From Alloascoidea hylecoeti (Eukaryota), in contig BCKZ01000003.1 in assembly GCA_001600815.1 (NCBI GenBank), forward strand, positions 748,581 to 812,580: a DNA stretch of 64,000 nt, read 5' to 3'. A program made the translations under genes and the position numbers. How positions within the stretch are numbered: position 1 is the first letter of the stretch; every line of letters begins with the position of its first letter. Under the pieces are notes generated by a model, which saw nothing but the letters and a program-made list of their open reading frames with translations, did not search any database and had not been told where the DNA came from. This document shows, one piece after another, positions 39,090 through 50,355 of the stretch.

Positions 39090-40826
39090 ATGGCTCCAAA
39101 GACTGAGGGTGGCAATGCTGCCTACCATAATTTCCTCAACGATTTTGCTCATATCGAAGATCCAATTGAAAGACGTCGTCTGGCTCTTGAAAAAATCGAT
39201 GATGCTCCTTTCGGTTGGTACCATATCCGTGCCATTTGTGTGGGTGGTGTCGGTTTTATGACCGATTCTTATGATATCTTTGCCATTAATTTGGCTATGC
39301 CTATGCTGGGGTATGTCTTTTGGGGTGGTTCTGTAGGTGGTTCGGGTACTCCTCCTGCCGCTACTTCGAATTTGCTGAAAGTTTCCACTTCTGTTGGTAC
39401 TGTTATTGGCCAACTTGGTTTCGGCTGGTTAGCCGATGTTGTAGGAAGAAAAAAGATCTACGGTTCCGAATTAATCATTATCATCGCTACAACTATCGCT
39501 CAAACAATGATTGGTTCTTCTCCTGCTGTTAACTTTGTCGCTGTTTTAACCTTTTGGAGAATTATCATGGGTATCGGTATTGGTGGTGATTATCCTTTAT
39601 CTTCTATTATTACTTCTGAATTCGCTACTACAAAATGGAGAGGTGCTATTATGGGCGCTGTCTTCGCTAATCAAGGTTGGGGTCAATTACTTGGCGGCAT
39701 CGTTGCTATAATTTGTGTTCGTTCCTGGAAAGGTTCCTTAATCGGTGCCGCTAATGCAACCGAATGTACTGGTGACTGTATAGTAGCTATTGATAAAATG
39801 TGGAGACTATTAGTTGGTTTTGGTTGTGTTCCTGGTATTATTGCTCTTTATTTCCGTCTTACGATCCCTGAAACACCAAGATATTCTTTTGATGTTTCAA
39901 ATGAATTAGAAAAAGCTGCTGCTGATTCTGAAATGTTTGTTTCTGGTCAACTTGGTGAAGCTTCTCAACAAGAAATTGATGAAATTAAAGCTGCTACTGC
40001 TGTTTTAAGACAAAAAGCCGAAGACTTTAAAGATGAAAATGAAGAACCACCTGCTCCTCCTGTTGCATCATGGTCTGATTTTTGGGGTCATTTCTCTCAA
40101 TGGAAACATGGCAAAATTCTTCTTGGAACTGCTGGATCTTGGTTTTTCTTGGATGTTGCTTACTATGGTTTATCCTTGAATAATGCTGTTATTTTACAAA
40201 CAATTGGTTATGCTTCTCAAAGTAATGTTTATACCAGACTTTATAATACATGTGCTGGTAATCTAATTTTAATTTGTGCTGGTTCTATTCCTGGTTATTG
40301 GCTTGCTGTTGCAACCATTGATACTTTAGGTAGAAAAACTTTACAAATTGCTGGTTTCACAATCTTAACTGGTATTTTCTGTGTTCTTGGTTTTGCATAT
40401 CATAAATTAACATCTGGTGGTTTATTAGCTTTTTATGTTTTAGCTCAATTATTTCAAAATTGGGGTCCAAATACAACTACTTTTATTGTACCTGGTGAAT
40501 GTTATCCAACTCGTTATAGATCAACTGCTCATGGTATTTCTGCAGCATCTGGTAAAGTTGGTGCAATTATTGCTCAAAGTGCTTTAGGAACTTTAATTAA
40601 TCATGGTTGTTCTGCTGATGAACCAAACTGTTGGTTAAATCATGTTATGCAAATCTTTGCATTATTTATGTTGCTTGGTTTATTTACATCATTTTTAATT
40701 CCTGAAACAAAAAGACAAACTTTGGAAGATATTGCTGAAAGAGTTCATGGGGAAGTTAATATTACAAAAAATCATAGAACTACTGGAAATTCAGATTCTG
40801 CTAAAACTGAACAAGAAGAAGTTTAA
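39090..40826 (+). CDS. PHO84: High-affinity phosphate:H+ symporter (MFS)
   Basis: Motifs GVGFMTDSYDIF, GIGIGGDYPLSS, FRLTIPETPRY, SWFFLDVAYYG, QNWGPNTTTFIVPGE.YPTRYRSTAHGISAASGK. Confidence 0.97.
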   Translation: MAPKTEGGNAAYHNFLNDFAHIEDPIERRRLALEKIDDAPFGWYHIRAICVGGVGFMTDSYDIFAINLAMPMLGYVFWGGSVGGSGTPPAATSNLLKVSTSVGTVIGQLGFGWLADVVGRKKIYGSELIIIIATTIAQTMIGSSPAVNFVAVLTFWRIIMGIGIGGDYPLSSIITSEFATTKWRGAIMGAVFANQGWGQLLGGIVAIICVRSWKGSLIGAANATECTGDCIVAIDKMWRLLVGFGCVPGIIALYFRLTIPETPRYSFDVSNELEKAAADSEMFVSGQLGEASQQEIDEIKAATAVLRQKAEDFKDENEEPPAPPVASWSDFWGHFSQWKHGKILLGTAGSWFFLDVAYYGLSLNNAVILQTIGYASQSNVYTRLYNTCAGNLILICAGSIPGYWLAVATIDTLGRKTLQIAGFTILTGIFCVLGFAYHKLTSGGLLAFYVLAQLFQNWGPNTTTFIVPGECYPTRYRSTAHGISAASGKVGAIIAQSALGTLINHGCSADEPNCWLNHVMQIFALFMLLGLFTSFLIPETKRQTLEDIAERVHGEVNITKNHRTTGNSDSAKTEQEEV

Positions 40827-42000
40827 AGTGTAATAGAAATTTCATTTGGGAGTCAAATCTTTTTATTGGTATTACTAAAACTATATAATTAAAATTTTAT
40901 GTTTTTTATGTTTGTTATTTATTTGATTACTATGTTTTTATTACTTTTTATTACTTTTTTGAATTTTTATATAATTAATGGGTTTATATACTTAGACATG
41001 GAAATAAACATTTAAACATCATTAAAAAGTTATTATTTAACAAGAAATCTTTAGATATTTTTGTATTTGTAATTGGTAACGTTTGTTATAATTTTCTGAT
41101 TGGTATGGTCCCTTCTTGTGTTGATGTTTCACATACACCTTTCAATAAACTTCTAAGAATTCGAAAAAATTTTAAAAATAAATAAATAACCTTATTATAT
41201 ATATTGAAGGAAAAGGAACTTTAATTATTTTTTCAATGTTTTGAAATAGGTTCTCTGGACCAAGCAAGGAATTAACCTACCATCAAACCAAATTTAAATA
41301 TGATGACTTTATGGCTATGATATACGGTAAGTAAACAGTTAAGTCGTTAAGTATGGGTGCAAAAATACAAAATACAAAATGATTTTTATTATGTTTAACA
41401 AAAAATCTCGAGCTTCTGTAATGAACCAATTTTGTATTTTTTTTCTTCAATACTTAAATAATATACACAAATGTAAGTATAAATTTTAAATAAACAAGAG
41501 AATTAAGCTTAGATTCAACAGTATCCTTATTATCCTTTTTCAATTTTATTTGGAATTTTAAAAATTGACCATTCATGGTTTGTGAGCACTTAAGAAATAT
41601 ACTCTAATACCGAATGAATATAGACTGAAGACGTTTGGTCCATTTATACTTAATATTGTCAGATATCTTTTTTAAATCCATATCTATGTTGCTATTTATT
41701 GAATATTATTACTATGTAGATAATATAAGCCTTATAGTAGAGCCAGCTAGCCTAGAGTCTAGAGACATGTGCATAGTAGTGGTGAAATGTCAACCTTAAG
41801 GGAAAGAAAACTTATAATCAATCGGTATGCTGTAATAATATCGGAGTAGATATACCCATTGTAAATTTTACAATTAATTGGTATCTTATTGTATGTATAA
41901 ATATTATTCAACTATGAATTTCTACTCATCTTCTTATAAGAACACAAAACCAAAACTTAAAGCACCATATTAATTAATATTCAAGTTATAATTATCACTA

Positions 42001-43455
42001 ATGCCTGAGAAAGAAACGAAAATAAATAAAAAATTATCCCAAATCAGATCTGATCTTTATGATTTATTTTATTCTGATGATAATGATAATAAAGGTGTTG
42101 TTTGGGAACTTTATTACAAAACGAAATTAGTTATTCAAGACATAAATAGTGTACAAACGCAACCCAAAAATATATCCAATAACAAAAGTAATACAAAATC
42201 AAAATTAAAATTAGATTTGGGTCAAGAAATACTAACAATAAATAATAAGGATATGTTAGTACTTGATGAGATTCTACAACTATTATCAATAATTCTTATG
42301 TCTATTGGAGAGGATAATCATCCAACCGCTCAATACTCTAAATTATCAACAATACTAAGGCTGTTTTATCAAATGAAAAATAAGAGACTTCATGACACTG
42401 AAACAATTATAAAATTAAAACTAAGTCTAACCAAAATTAAAATTATAATTGATAATTATACTAAGGACAAAAAAAATGATGTTATATTCCCTCTGATTGT
42501 AAACAAATATTTAATTTGTGCAGAAAGTTTAATTTCACTCGAAAGCTCAATTAACAATGAGATATTAAATATTGATAATACTTTATTACCATTCCTAGAC
42601 TCTTTATTGAGCTTGAAGCAGAGAATAATCAATCTTCCTTCAATTTCCTTGTATGTGGCTTCACAGAAAACGAATCAAGATTTAAACTTATTACAAACAC
42701 CTGAAGAAGAAGCAAGATTAATGGCATTTGAAAATGAATCTAGATCACTAGAAACAGAATTAAGGAATTTAAATAAAGAAATACTAGCATCTACATCTAA
42801 TGTGCACCAAGGTAAAAAAATCATTTTCTCCCTTTATGAAGAATGCAAAACTCTTTTCCAAGATTTTTGTGCAAGCAGTTATAATTATAAAGAATTAATG
42901 GATGATAAATTAAAACCAATATATGAACAATTGATTGAAATGAAATATTTTTTGGATAAAAATATTAGTATAATAACTGTTGGAGAGCATAAATGGACGA
43001 TTGAGAATATGGAAAAAAATATGGTTTCAAACCAAATGAAATTAGAAAAAATTCATAATTTAAGAAGTAATGGCGTCTTTTCTGGCGAAATAGGAAAACC
43101 TTTACAAGGTCAACCTACTATTATATATCTCATTGGAAGATGTTTTTCCTTGACTCGAAACTTCTTTGAATTAAATGACACGATTTCTGAGTCTTTGGTG
43201 CCTGTATATACTGAACTAATGAGAGCTAGAAATTTTCTAGCGGATTTAAAAGATCGCGGTGACGTCAAAACTTCAGAAATGTTAACTATGTGTAATTCTG
43301 TAGCTATGAAAGCTACAAATAAACGAGTCAATGGGGAATTCTTGGCTGACGATGGATCAGCTCCGATAGGTCAGGACATTCTTTCTACCACCTTGAATGA
43401 ATGTGTTAGTATTTATTACGAAATAACATGGAAGTGTTCAATTGATATTGAGTAA
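42001..43455 (+). CDS. CUB1: Divergent Cub1/YPL260W (DUF2408)-like protein, tandem copy 1
   Basis: Motifs VLDEILQLLS..IG...P..YS.LSTI.RL, LKPIYEQL, GQ..I.YL..RC, ISESLVPVY, RVNG.F..DG..P.GQ..L...LNEC. Confidence 0.7.
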   Translation: MPEKETKINKKLSQIRSDLYDLFYSDDNDNKGVVWELYYKTKLVIQDINSVQTQPKNISNNKSNTKSKLKLDLGQEILTINNKDMLVLDEILQLLSIILMSIGEDNHPTAQYSKLSTILRLFYQMKNKRLHDTETIIKLKLSLTKIKIIIDNYTKDKKNDVIFPLIVNKYLICAESLISLESSINNEILNIDNTLLPFLDSLLSLKQRIINLPSISLYVASQKTNQDLNLLQTPEEEARLMAFENESRSLETELRNLNKEILASTSNVHQGKKIIFSLYEECKTLFQDFCASSYNYKELMDDKLKPIYEQLIEMKYFLDKNISIITVGEHKWTIENMEKNMVSNQMKLEKIHNLRSNGVFSGEIGKPLQGQPTIIYLIGRCFSLTRNFFELNDTISESLVPVYTELMRARNFLADLKDRGDVKTSEMLTMCNSVAMKATNKRVNGEFLADDGSAPIGQDILSTTLNECVSIYYEITWKCSIDIE

Positions 43456-44693
43456 AGTGATAAAAGTGGTTGCAAATAAGCAATGATACTAGAGTATTGA
43501 TGTGTGGGAAACACAACCCCAGGAGAAATCTACCAAAACTTACGAATTACATAGATTATATAATTTGATAGGAATATCTTATATTTAGCCAGTTTAGTAC
43601 ATTTTTAAGAAAGGAATCAGACTTTTGAGTATTTGTTCTTCACAAGTGGATCCATTAATCTTAACAAGTTATCGTTTGAACTGAAAAAGTGACAAGTCGT
43701 GATAGTAGACTAGTTTCAGACAGTTCTTCTTTTTTGGTTGAGTTACTGATTATTGAGTTTTCGACCATAAAAGCATTATTGTGAGAGTTTGTGCTTTCTT
43801 TTAGATATTTGTTGTCCTTATTGTCTTTTGCGCTAAATCTGCTCACCCTTAGAACATTTCACAAGGAGTCGATTGGCTTTTTGGTATAACTAGGAGAAAC
43901 TGGCACATAGAAACTTTATTATATAAATTTGATTTATATTACTTAAGCTTATAATAAAAAAATCTATTGAAGTTAATTTTCTTTTCGATTGAGAAGTTAT
44001 TCCGAAATCATACCAATAATCAACGGCGCATAGAACTCAAATGAGTTAGCATACTCGGATGCCACAACATTGTTATATTACAACCATGAATTACAAAACT
44101 AATAGCAAATAAATATTATTATGAATAATATCACTAGGTTTTGTTTGATCCTTTTGATAATACTTGTTTAATTTTTTCGGCATTTTTTGTTGTGGTGTCA
44201 GATTGTTTCCATATGCTAACGTGTAAGGTTCGGTAGATCTACTAGATCAAGTTACTAAGTATTAGTCCAAAAACAAAATGATTAAATCATGTGCAATAAA
44301 AAAAAACTCCTTCTTTCTCCTGTGATGAACATCTGTTGTATATTTTCTCTAATAGTTAAAGAATATATGTAACTAATTGCAAATAATGCGAGAATTAAGT
44401 TTAATCTCTATATTCTTTATCATCTTTTTCAACAATTTTATTTGAAAAATTTAAAGATTGTATTGGGATTGTGAGCGCTTAAGAAATATACTCTAATACA
44501 AAAGACTGATGAATAAACTGAAGAGTTTTGGGCTATATACTTAATATCGTGATTTAAATTTTACAATTAATTGGTATCTTATTGTATGTATAAATATTAT
44601 TCAACTATGAATTTCTACTCATCTTCTTATAAGAACACAAAACCAAAACTTAAAGCACCATATTAATTAATATTCAAGTTATAATTATCACTA

Positions 44694-46142
44694 ATGCCTG
44701 AGAAAGAAACGAAAATAAATAAAAAATTATCCCAAATCAGATCTGATCTTTATGATTTATTTTATTCTGATGATAATGATAATAAAGGTGTTGTTTGGGA
44801 ACTTTATTACAAAACGAAATTAGTTATTCAAGACATAAATAGTGTACAAACGCAACCCAAAAATATATCCAATAACAAAAGTAATACAAAATCAAAATTA
44901 AAATCAGATTTGGGTCAAGAAAGATTAACAATAAATAATAAGGATATGTTAGTACTTGATGAGATTCTACAACTATTATCAATAATTCTTATGTCTATTG
45001 GAGAGGATAATCATCCAACCGCTCAATACTCTAAATTATCAACAATACTAAGGTTGCTTTGTCAAATTAAGAATGAGGAACTTCATGACACTGAAACAAT
45101 TATAAAAATAAAACTAAGTCTGACTAAAATAAAAATTATAATTGATAATTATACTAGGGACAAAAAGAATGATGTTATATTCCCTCTGATTGTAAACAAA
45201 TATTTAATTTGTGCAGAAAGTTTAATTTCACTCGAAAGCTCAATTAACAATGAGATATTAAATATTGATAATACTTTATTACCATTCCTAGACTCTTTAT
45301 TGAGCTTGAAGCAGAGAATAATCAATCTTCCTTCAATTTCCTTGTATGTGGCTTCACAGAAAAAGATTCGAGATTTAAACTTATTACAAACACCTGAAGA
45401 AGAAGCAAGATTAGTGCCATTTGAAAATGAAGCCATATCACTAGAAACAGAATTAAAGAGTTTAATTAAAGAAATATCAACATCTATTGTACACCAAGGT
45501 AATACAATCATATATTCCCTTTATGAAGAATGCAAAATTCTTTTCCAAGATTTTTGTGCAATTAATCATAATTATAAAGAATTAATGGATGATAAATTAA
45601 AACCAATATATGAACAATTGATTGAAATTAAATATTTTTTGGATAAAAATATTAGTATAATAACTCTTGGAGACCGTAAATTGAAAAATCATAGTATGGC
45701 GAAGAATTTGTTTTGGAACCGAAAAAAATTAGATGGAATTCATAATTTAAGAAGTAATGGCGTCTTTTCTGACGAAATAGGCAAACCTCTACGAGGTCAA
45801 TCTCCTATTATATATCTAATTGGACGATGTTATTTTTTGACTAGAAAATTTTCAGAATTATATGACCCGATTTCTGAATCTTTGATGCCTGCATATAATG
45901 AACTGGTGGGAACTAGAAACTTTTTAGCGGGTTTAAAAGAACGCGATGAGGTTAAAACTTCAGAAATGTTAGCTATGTGTAATTCTGTAGTTTCGGAAGC
46001 TACAAATAAACGAATTGGTGGGGAATTTTTGGTTGTTGATGGATCGGCTCCGATAGGTCAGGACATTCTTTCTGCTCTCATGAATGAATGCATTACTATT
46101 TATTACGATATAGAAGGGAAGTATTTAATCAATATTGATTAG
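44694..46142 (+). CDS. CUB1: Divergent Cub1/DUF2408-like protein, tandem copy 2
   Basis: Colinear with copy 1; the first 70 codons are identical and the 3' half has diverged. Confidence 0.7.
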   Translation: MPEKETKINKKLSQIRSDLYDLFYSDDNDNKGVVWELYYKTKLVIQDINSVQTQPKNISNNKSNTKSKLKSDLGQERLTINNKDMLVLDEILQLLSIILMSIGEDNHPTAQYSKLSTILRLLCQIKNEELHDTETIIKIKLSLTKIKIIIDNYTRDKKNDVIFPLIVNKYLICAESLISLESSINNEILNIDNTLLPFLDSLLSLKQRIINLPSISLYVASQKKIRDLNLLQTPEEEARLVPFENEAISLETELKSLIKEISTSIVHQGNTIIYSLYEECKILFQDFCAINHNYKELMDDKLKPIYEQLIEIKYFLDKNISIITLGDRKLKNHSMAKNLFWNRKKLDGIHNLRSNGVFSDEIGKPLRGQSPIIYLIGRCYFLTRKFSELYDPISESLMPAYNELVGTRNFLAGLKERDEVKTSEMLAMCNSVVSEATNKRIGGEFLVVDGSAPIGQDILSALMNECITIYYDIEGKYLINID

Positions 46143-46369
46143 TAAAGTAATAAGAGTTGTTAAATATGAGAAGTGATTCCAAATTAACTATGAATTTAAA
46201 TTCCAGAATTTAAAGAGAAGTTGTGTTGTTTCTGCAAAAAAAAAGAAAGAACAAATTGATTATTTATATTGAAGGTGATAACAAGCCACTTCAAACTTAT
46301 TGATTGTAAGACATGAGACGGGTAATACAATATCTATAAGTATGAATTGTACTCAAGCCTGTAACATTA

Positions 46370-46760
46370 TTATTGGCTTTAATTTACCATCTATGATTCT
46401 TTGGTTGGTTATAACTGCTTGCACAAAAATCTTCAAGAGTATTGCATTTTTCATAAGGGGAATAAATGAAAATTTTATTTACCTTGGTATAATAGATGCT
46501 GAAATTTCTTCAATTAAACTCTTTAATTCTGGTTCTACTATTTAGTGGATTCAATTTCAAATGGCGTTAATCTTGCTTCTTCTTCAGGTGTTTGTAATAG
46601 TTTAAATCTTGAATCTCTTTCTGTGAACTCACATACACGGAAACTGAAGGAATATTGATTATTCTTTGCTTCATATTCAGCAAAGAGCTATTGATTGAAC
46701 TTTCGAGTGAAATTAAACTTTCTGCACAAATTAGATATTTGTTTACAATCCTGGGGAAAT
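46370..46760 (-). pseudogene. Inverted internal fragment of a third CUB1-like copy
   Basis: IVNKYLICAESLISLESSIN is followed directly by SSLLNMKQRIINIP (internal deletion), then frameshifts. Nucleotide similarity continues to gatttttgtgcaagcagttataa..taaattaaagccaat. Confidence 0.9.
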
Positions 46761-47044
46761 GTAACATCTTTGAATATTTTGTTCCATATGGAGAAATAAA
46801 CTTGATCAAAACTTATAACTCCCACCACATTTTATATTTATACAATAGATATTTAAGGGAATCATTTCAGGCCTATATACATTTTATTGTGCCTTATATG
46901 TACTTAAAGTAGATATATATAGATGTAAATAGCTAATAATTGAAAACCAAATATTAATCATGATAAATATTTAGATTGCATCAACATTAAATTTCAGATC
47001 TATAATGTATAAGTTACATTAAATCGCTATTAATCTTGTTAAAT

Positions 47045-47824
47045 TTAAACAATAAATTGATTCATATTTTTCAAATATTCTTCAGTCCAAGAATCTAATT
47101 TCAATTTATCATCATCATCTGAATAGTAAAAATTAAAGAGTAACTTAAAAGGATATAAAGTTGCAACAAAATAAATATCAGCATAACATAGTTCATCACC
47201 AAATAAATATTTACCTGATTTAAATTTAAAATCAATATTATCATTTGTTAATCCTTTTAAATCCAATAGAGAATTAGATTCTAATTCTGCTTCTAGTTTA
47301 GTTTTAGTAGAGTCCATTAATTCTTTTGAAAGTTTACAATCAGCAAGATTAAGACCCCACCATTTACTTCTTGTTTCAGCTAAGTATTGAATATCACGTT
47401 CTCCAAGAACGGTTGGGAGTAAACCCATCATAGCTGGGAAAATGGTGCCAGTGAGAGAGGACATGTATTCGGAAATTGGTTTTGTGAAAGCAGACGATTT
47501 TTCTGTAGGGAAAACAGTAGGCGAAGGTGCAATTTTTTCCAAATAATCTCTTATCTCATCAGATCCCATAATAGTCTTATTTTCATGAGTCAAAGCTGGT
47601 AAAGTGTAGAGTGGACCTTTTGAACCATCACCGGGAAGGGGAGTAACACCTAGTTGTTCTAAAGTTTGCTGAATATCAGGGAATGGGACCCATTTAGTCT
47701 CAAAAGGAATTCCTTTAAAATTAAGCAAAATTCTTGTTTTCAAAGTATTTAGAGACCAAAATTTAGGTTCCAGACTTGATGGAATATCGTAAAAGATGAA
47801 TTTTTGATTTTTGATTTCAGTCAT
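47045..47824 (-). CDS. Fungal glutathione S-transferase (GSTFuA/UstS-like type)
   Basis: Motifs WSLNTLKTRILLNFKGIPFETKWV.FPDI, YTLPAL, IMGSDEIRDYLE, YLFGDELCYADI. Confidence 0.85.
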   Translation of the reverse strand: MTEIKNQKFIFYDIPSSLEPKFWSLNTLKTRILLNFKGIPFETKWVPFPDIQQTLEQLGVTPLPGDGSKGPLYTLPALTHENKTIMGSDEIRDYLEKIAPSPTVFPTEKSSAFTKPISEYMSSLTGTIFPAMMGLLPTVLGERDIQYLAETRSKWWGLNLADCKLSKELMDSTKTKLEAELESNSLLDLKGLTNDNIDFKFKSGKYLFGDELCYADIYFVATLYPFKLLFNFYYSDDDDKLKLDSWTEEYLKNMNQFIV

Positions 47825-48369
47825 GTTTAAATTTGTTAATTATGAATATAATTGCACTCTATACTTTTAAGAGAAATCACTTCTTTATATAGTTTATGAC
47901 ATGGTATTTATAATATGAGAATTTCAGTTTCGTCATCTCTAAATCCAGCTATAATAATACATCAAACAGAAATATTCAACACGTTTCAATCAGTTATCTG
48001 GTGGCGATTATTCAATAATATAGTAGTAGTTTCAAGAAATTTGTGGCAAATGGATGAGAAGTATTATAAAGTCCTTTATAAGATCTTTTAATTACTAACG
48101 CTAGCTATAGTATTATGAGAATATAATTAGGGTGAGACATCTCCTCAAGATTGTGGCTGTGCGTGCTCGCCTGCTAATAGAGGTATGTAATAGAGGTATA
48201 AAAATCACTGATAATCAGAATACACACCTATCAACAAATAATCACTTTGTAATAAACAGAATTGGAAGTTCATGATGTATAGCTATAGTCATTTTCAGTT
48301 TATTTTCATGATAATTAAGAAAAATTAATGATCAATATTAGAATCTAGCTTATTGTACATATAATAATT

Positions 48370-49010
48370 AATTATGGCCGAAAGTCGCCACCGGCTGGAG
48401 TTCATTCACAATTGTAATATCGATGAAACCGGCTTTTGAATTTCAGTTGGAGGACAGAGATATTTGCCCCAATTGGTAAGGACGCTTGTCGTATATTTGC
48501 GATACATTTACATGGATTGAGCCCTCCGATTTTCACTTACTAGTAAACTCTCCAAACTGTGTCAATCTCACTTTTTGTCATCCTCCAGTGGGTGCTTTGG
48601 ATCCCCTGAGACTTCTATCAGAAGATGGGACAAACCGCTGGCCTTTTTTGCATTGAACACATATTGGATTCTGAGCACAGTAATAGAAGGTGGCATTACA
48701 CAAGTTCAGCAAAAAGATCCTCTACGCACCAAGATCAAATATTATTTCAAGCCACCAGCCGAAAAAATATATTTTTATACCGGCAATGATCTACGCCAGA
48801 AAAAAAATACTATTTTCTCTATCATTTGGGGGTTCAGGAAGACTGGTTGGCTTTTTGGTGTGTTTCTATACACCACTAGAGGGCAACTTGCTTAAGCTCG
48901 ATGAAGAATTAGAAAGAGATCATTCCAATAAAAGTAAATCGAGGGAATATCATGAAAGACTAGATCTTTTTGTGGAGAGCGGCTAACCATTCACAACATG
49001 CGTAATATGC
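48370..49010 (+). mobile_element. Possible heavily decayed pogo/Fot1-type DDE transposase relic
   Basis: One frame reads IHNCNIDETGF*ISVG, resembling the IYNxDETGF motif. GC is raised locally and ORFs are broken. No terminal inverted repeats found. Confidence 0.3.
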
Positions 49011-49492
49011 GGAGATCTATTCTTGATTTAAGAGTTTACAAGGAGCGATCAACATGTAGACAGAGCTCAAGTTTCACCCTTAAACACCCCGCGCCCTTGA
49101 AAAACAAAATTAGGCAATTAAAAGGAATAAGAATGTATTAGGATAGGTAGTGTTACAGAATATTTAGTGTATTTTTTTGTGTATGTTGGAGGTTTTAGTA
49201 ATTCTTTTTGAGGTCTCAGCGACTCTATCACGAACAATGCCACACCCCTTAAAACCGTAGAATCAGACCAGTTGGAAATATCCACAAATACAGACACCTC
49301 TTTGAATTTGGAATTCAATATTTTACCAATTAAACTAAATTCTCAATATATATGATATTCTTCTCAGAAGTCTTCTTTCTCTTTGACTAAATCTGCATAT
49401 ATATATATATATAAATGTCGTGTCACGTGGTCAAATTGGGAGATTTTTCCACTCCACTCACCGAACTTTGAAATCTTCAGAATATATAAAAT

Positions 49493-50243
49493 ATGTTTTC
49501 CTTGAGATCCTTCTCATTCTTATCCACAGTCAGTATGTTTTTATATCCATTATTTTCAGAAGGAGAAGAAGAAAAAAAAAATATTCTAATTACTTTTTTA
49601 AAAAAAACTAGAGCCGATTGTTTCACCACTAACACAAGTTGGTAACCAACAACTTGGGGTTCGTTTTCTACATGAATATTCACCAATTCATAGAATCGTT
49701 CGTAAACAGCACAAAGGAAGAGTACCTGTACGTATCGGTGGCTCTCAAAAGGGATCTACTATCGAATTCGCTGAATATGGGCTAAGACTTAAAAGTGAAG
49801 GTGTTCGTTTAGCTGCTATTCAACTGAAAGCCGCGGATGAAAGTATCATGAGAGCACTTAGACCCGTTAAAGGTAAATTGATTAGAAGAGTACATACAAA
49901 CGTTGCTGTTTGTACAAAAGGTAATGAGACTCGTATGGGTAAAGGTAAAGGTCCATTTGATTATTGGGCAGTTAGAGTTCCTACTGGTAAAATCATTTTT
50001 GAAATTAGTGCTAATGTTGATGCACATATTGCTAGTGAAGCATTAAGAAAAGCTGCTCAAAAATTACCAGGTGTTTATGAGGTTATAAAGAAAAGTGATA
50101 CTCCTATGTATGGTTTAAGACTTAAACAAGAAATTGCTAAAGATGTTAATTATTTGGAACAGAGAAGGCTTAATCCAACACCAAAGGAACTTAACGTTAT
50201 AAAATCAAAATTAACTCAGTTTAAGACTTTTAGAGGAAGGTAA
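49493..50243 (+). CDS. MRPL16: Mitochondrial ribosomal protein uL16m; exons 49493-49532 and 49612-50243 (223 aa)
   Basis: Presequence MFSLRSFSFLSTVK, then HEYSP..RKQHKGRVPVRIGGS.KG and KGNETRMGKGKG.FDYWA. 79-nt intron GTATGT..TTCTAAT..CTAG. Confidence 0.95.
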
Positions 50244-50355
50244 AAATGTAGAAATATATTTTATTCCTATACTACTACATATGTAATCTATAAATGTTAT
50301 TGTATATAGTTATTATCATTGAATACTATAATAGTGTGAAATCGTAAAAAGTTTA

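Noticed and set aside
38557..39106. Several overlapping Arg/Ala-rich ORFs upstream of PHO84
   Set aside because: Stop-codon scarcity in the GC island; no motifs, and they overlap promoter elements.
43661..43846. 61-aa minus-strand ORF between the CUB1 copies
   Set aside because: Non-ATG start, no recognisable motif or splice partner.
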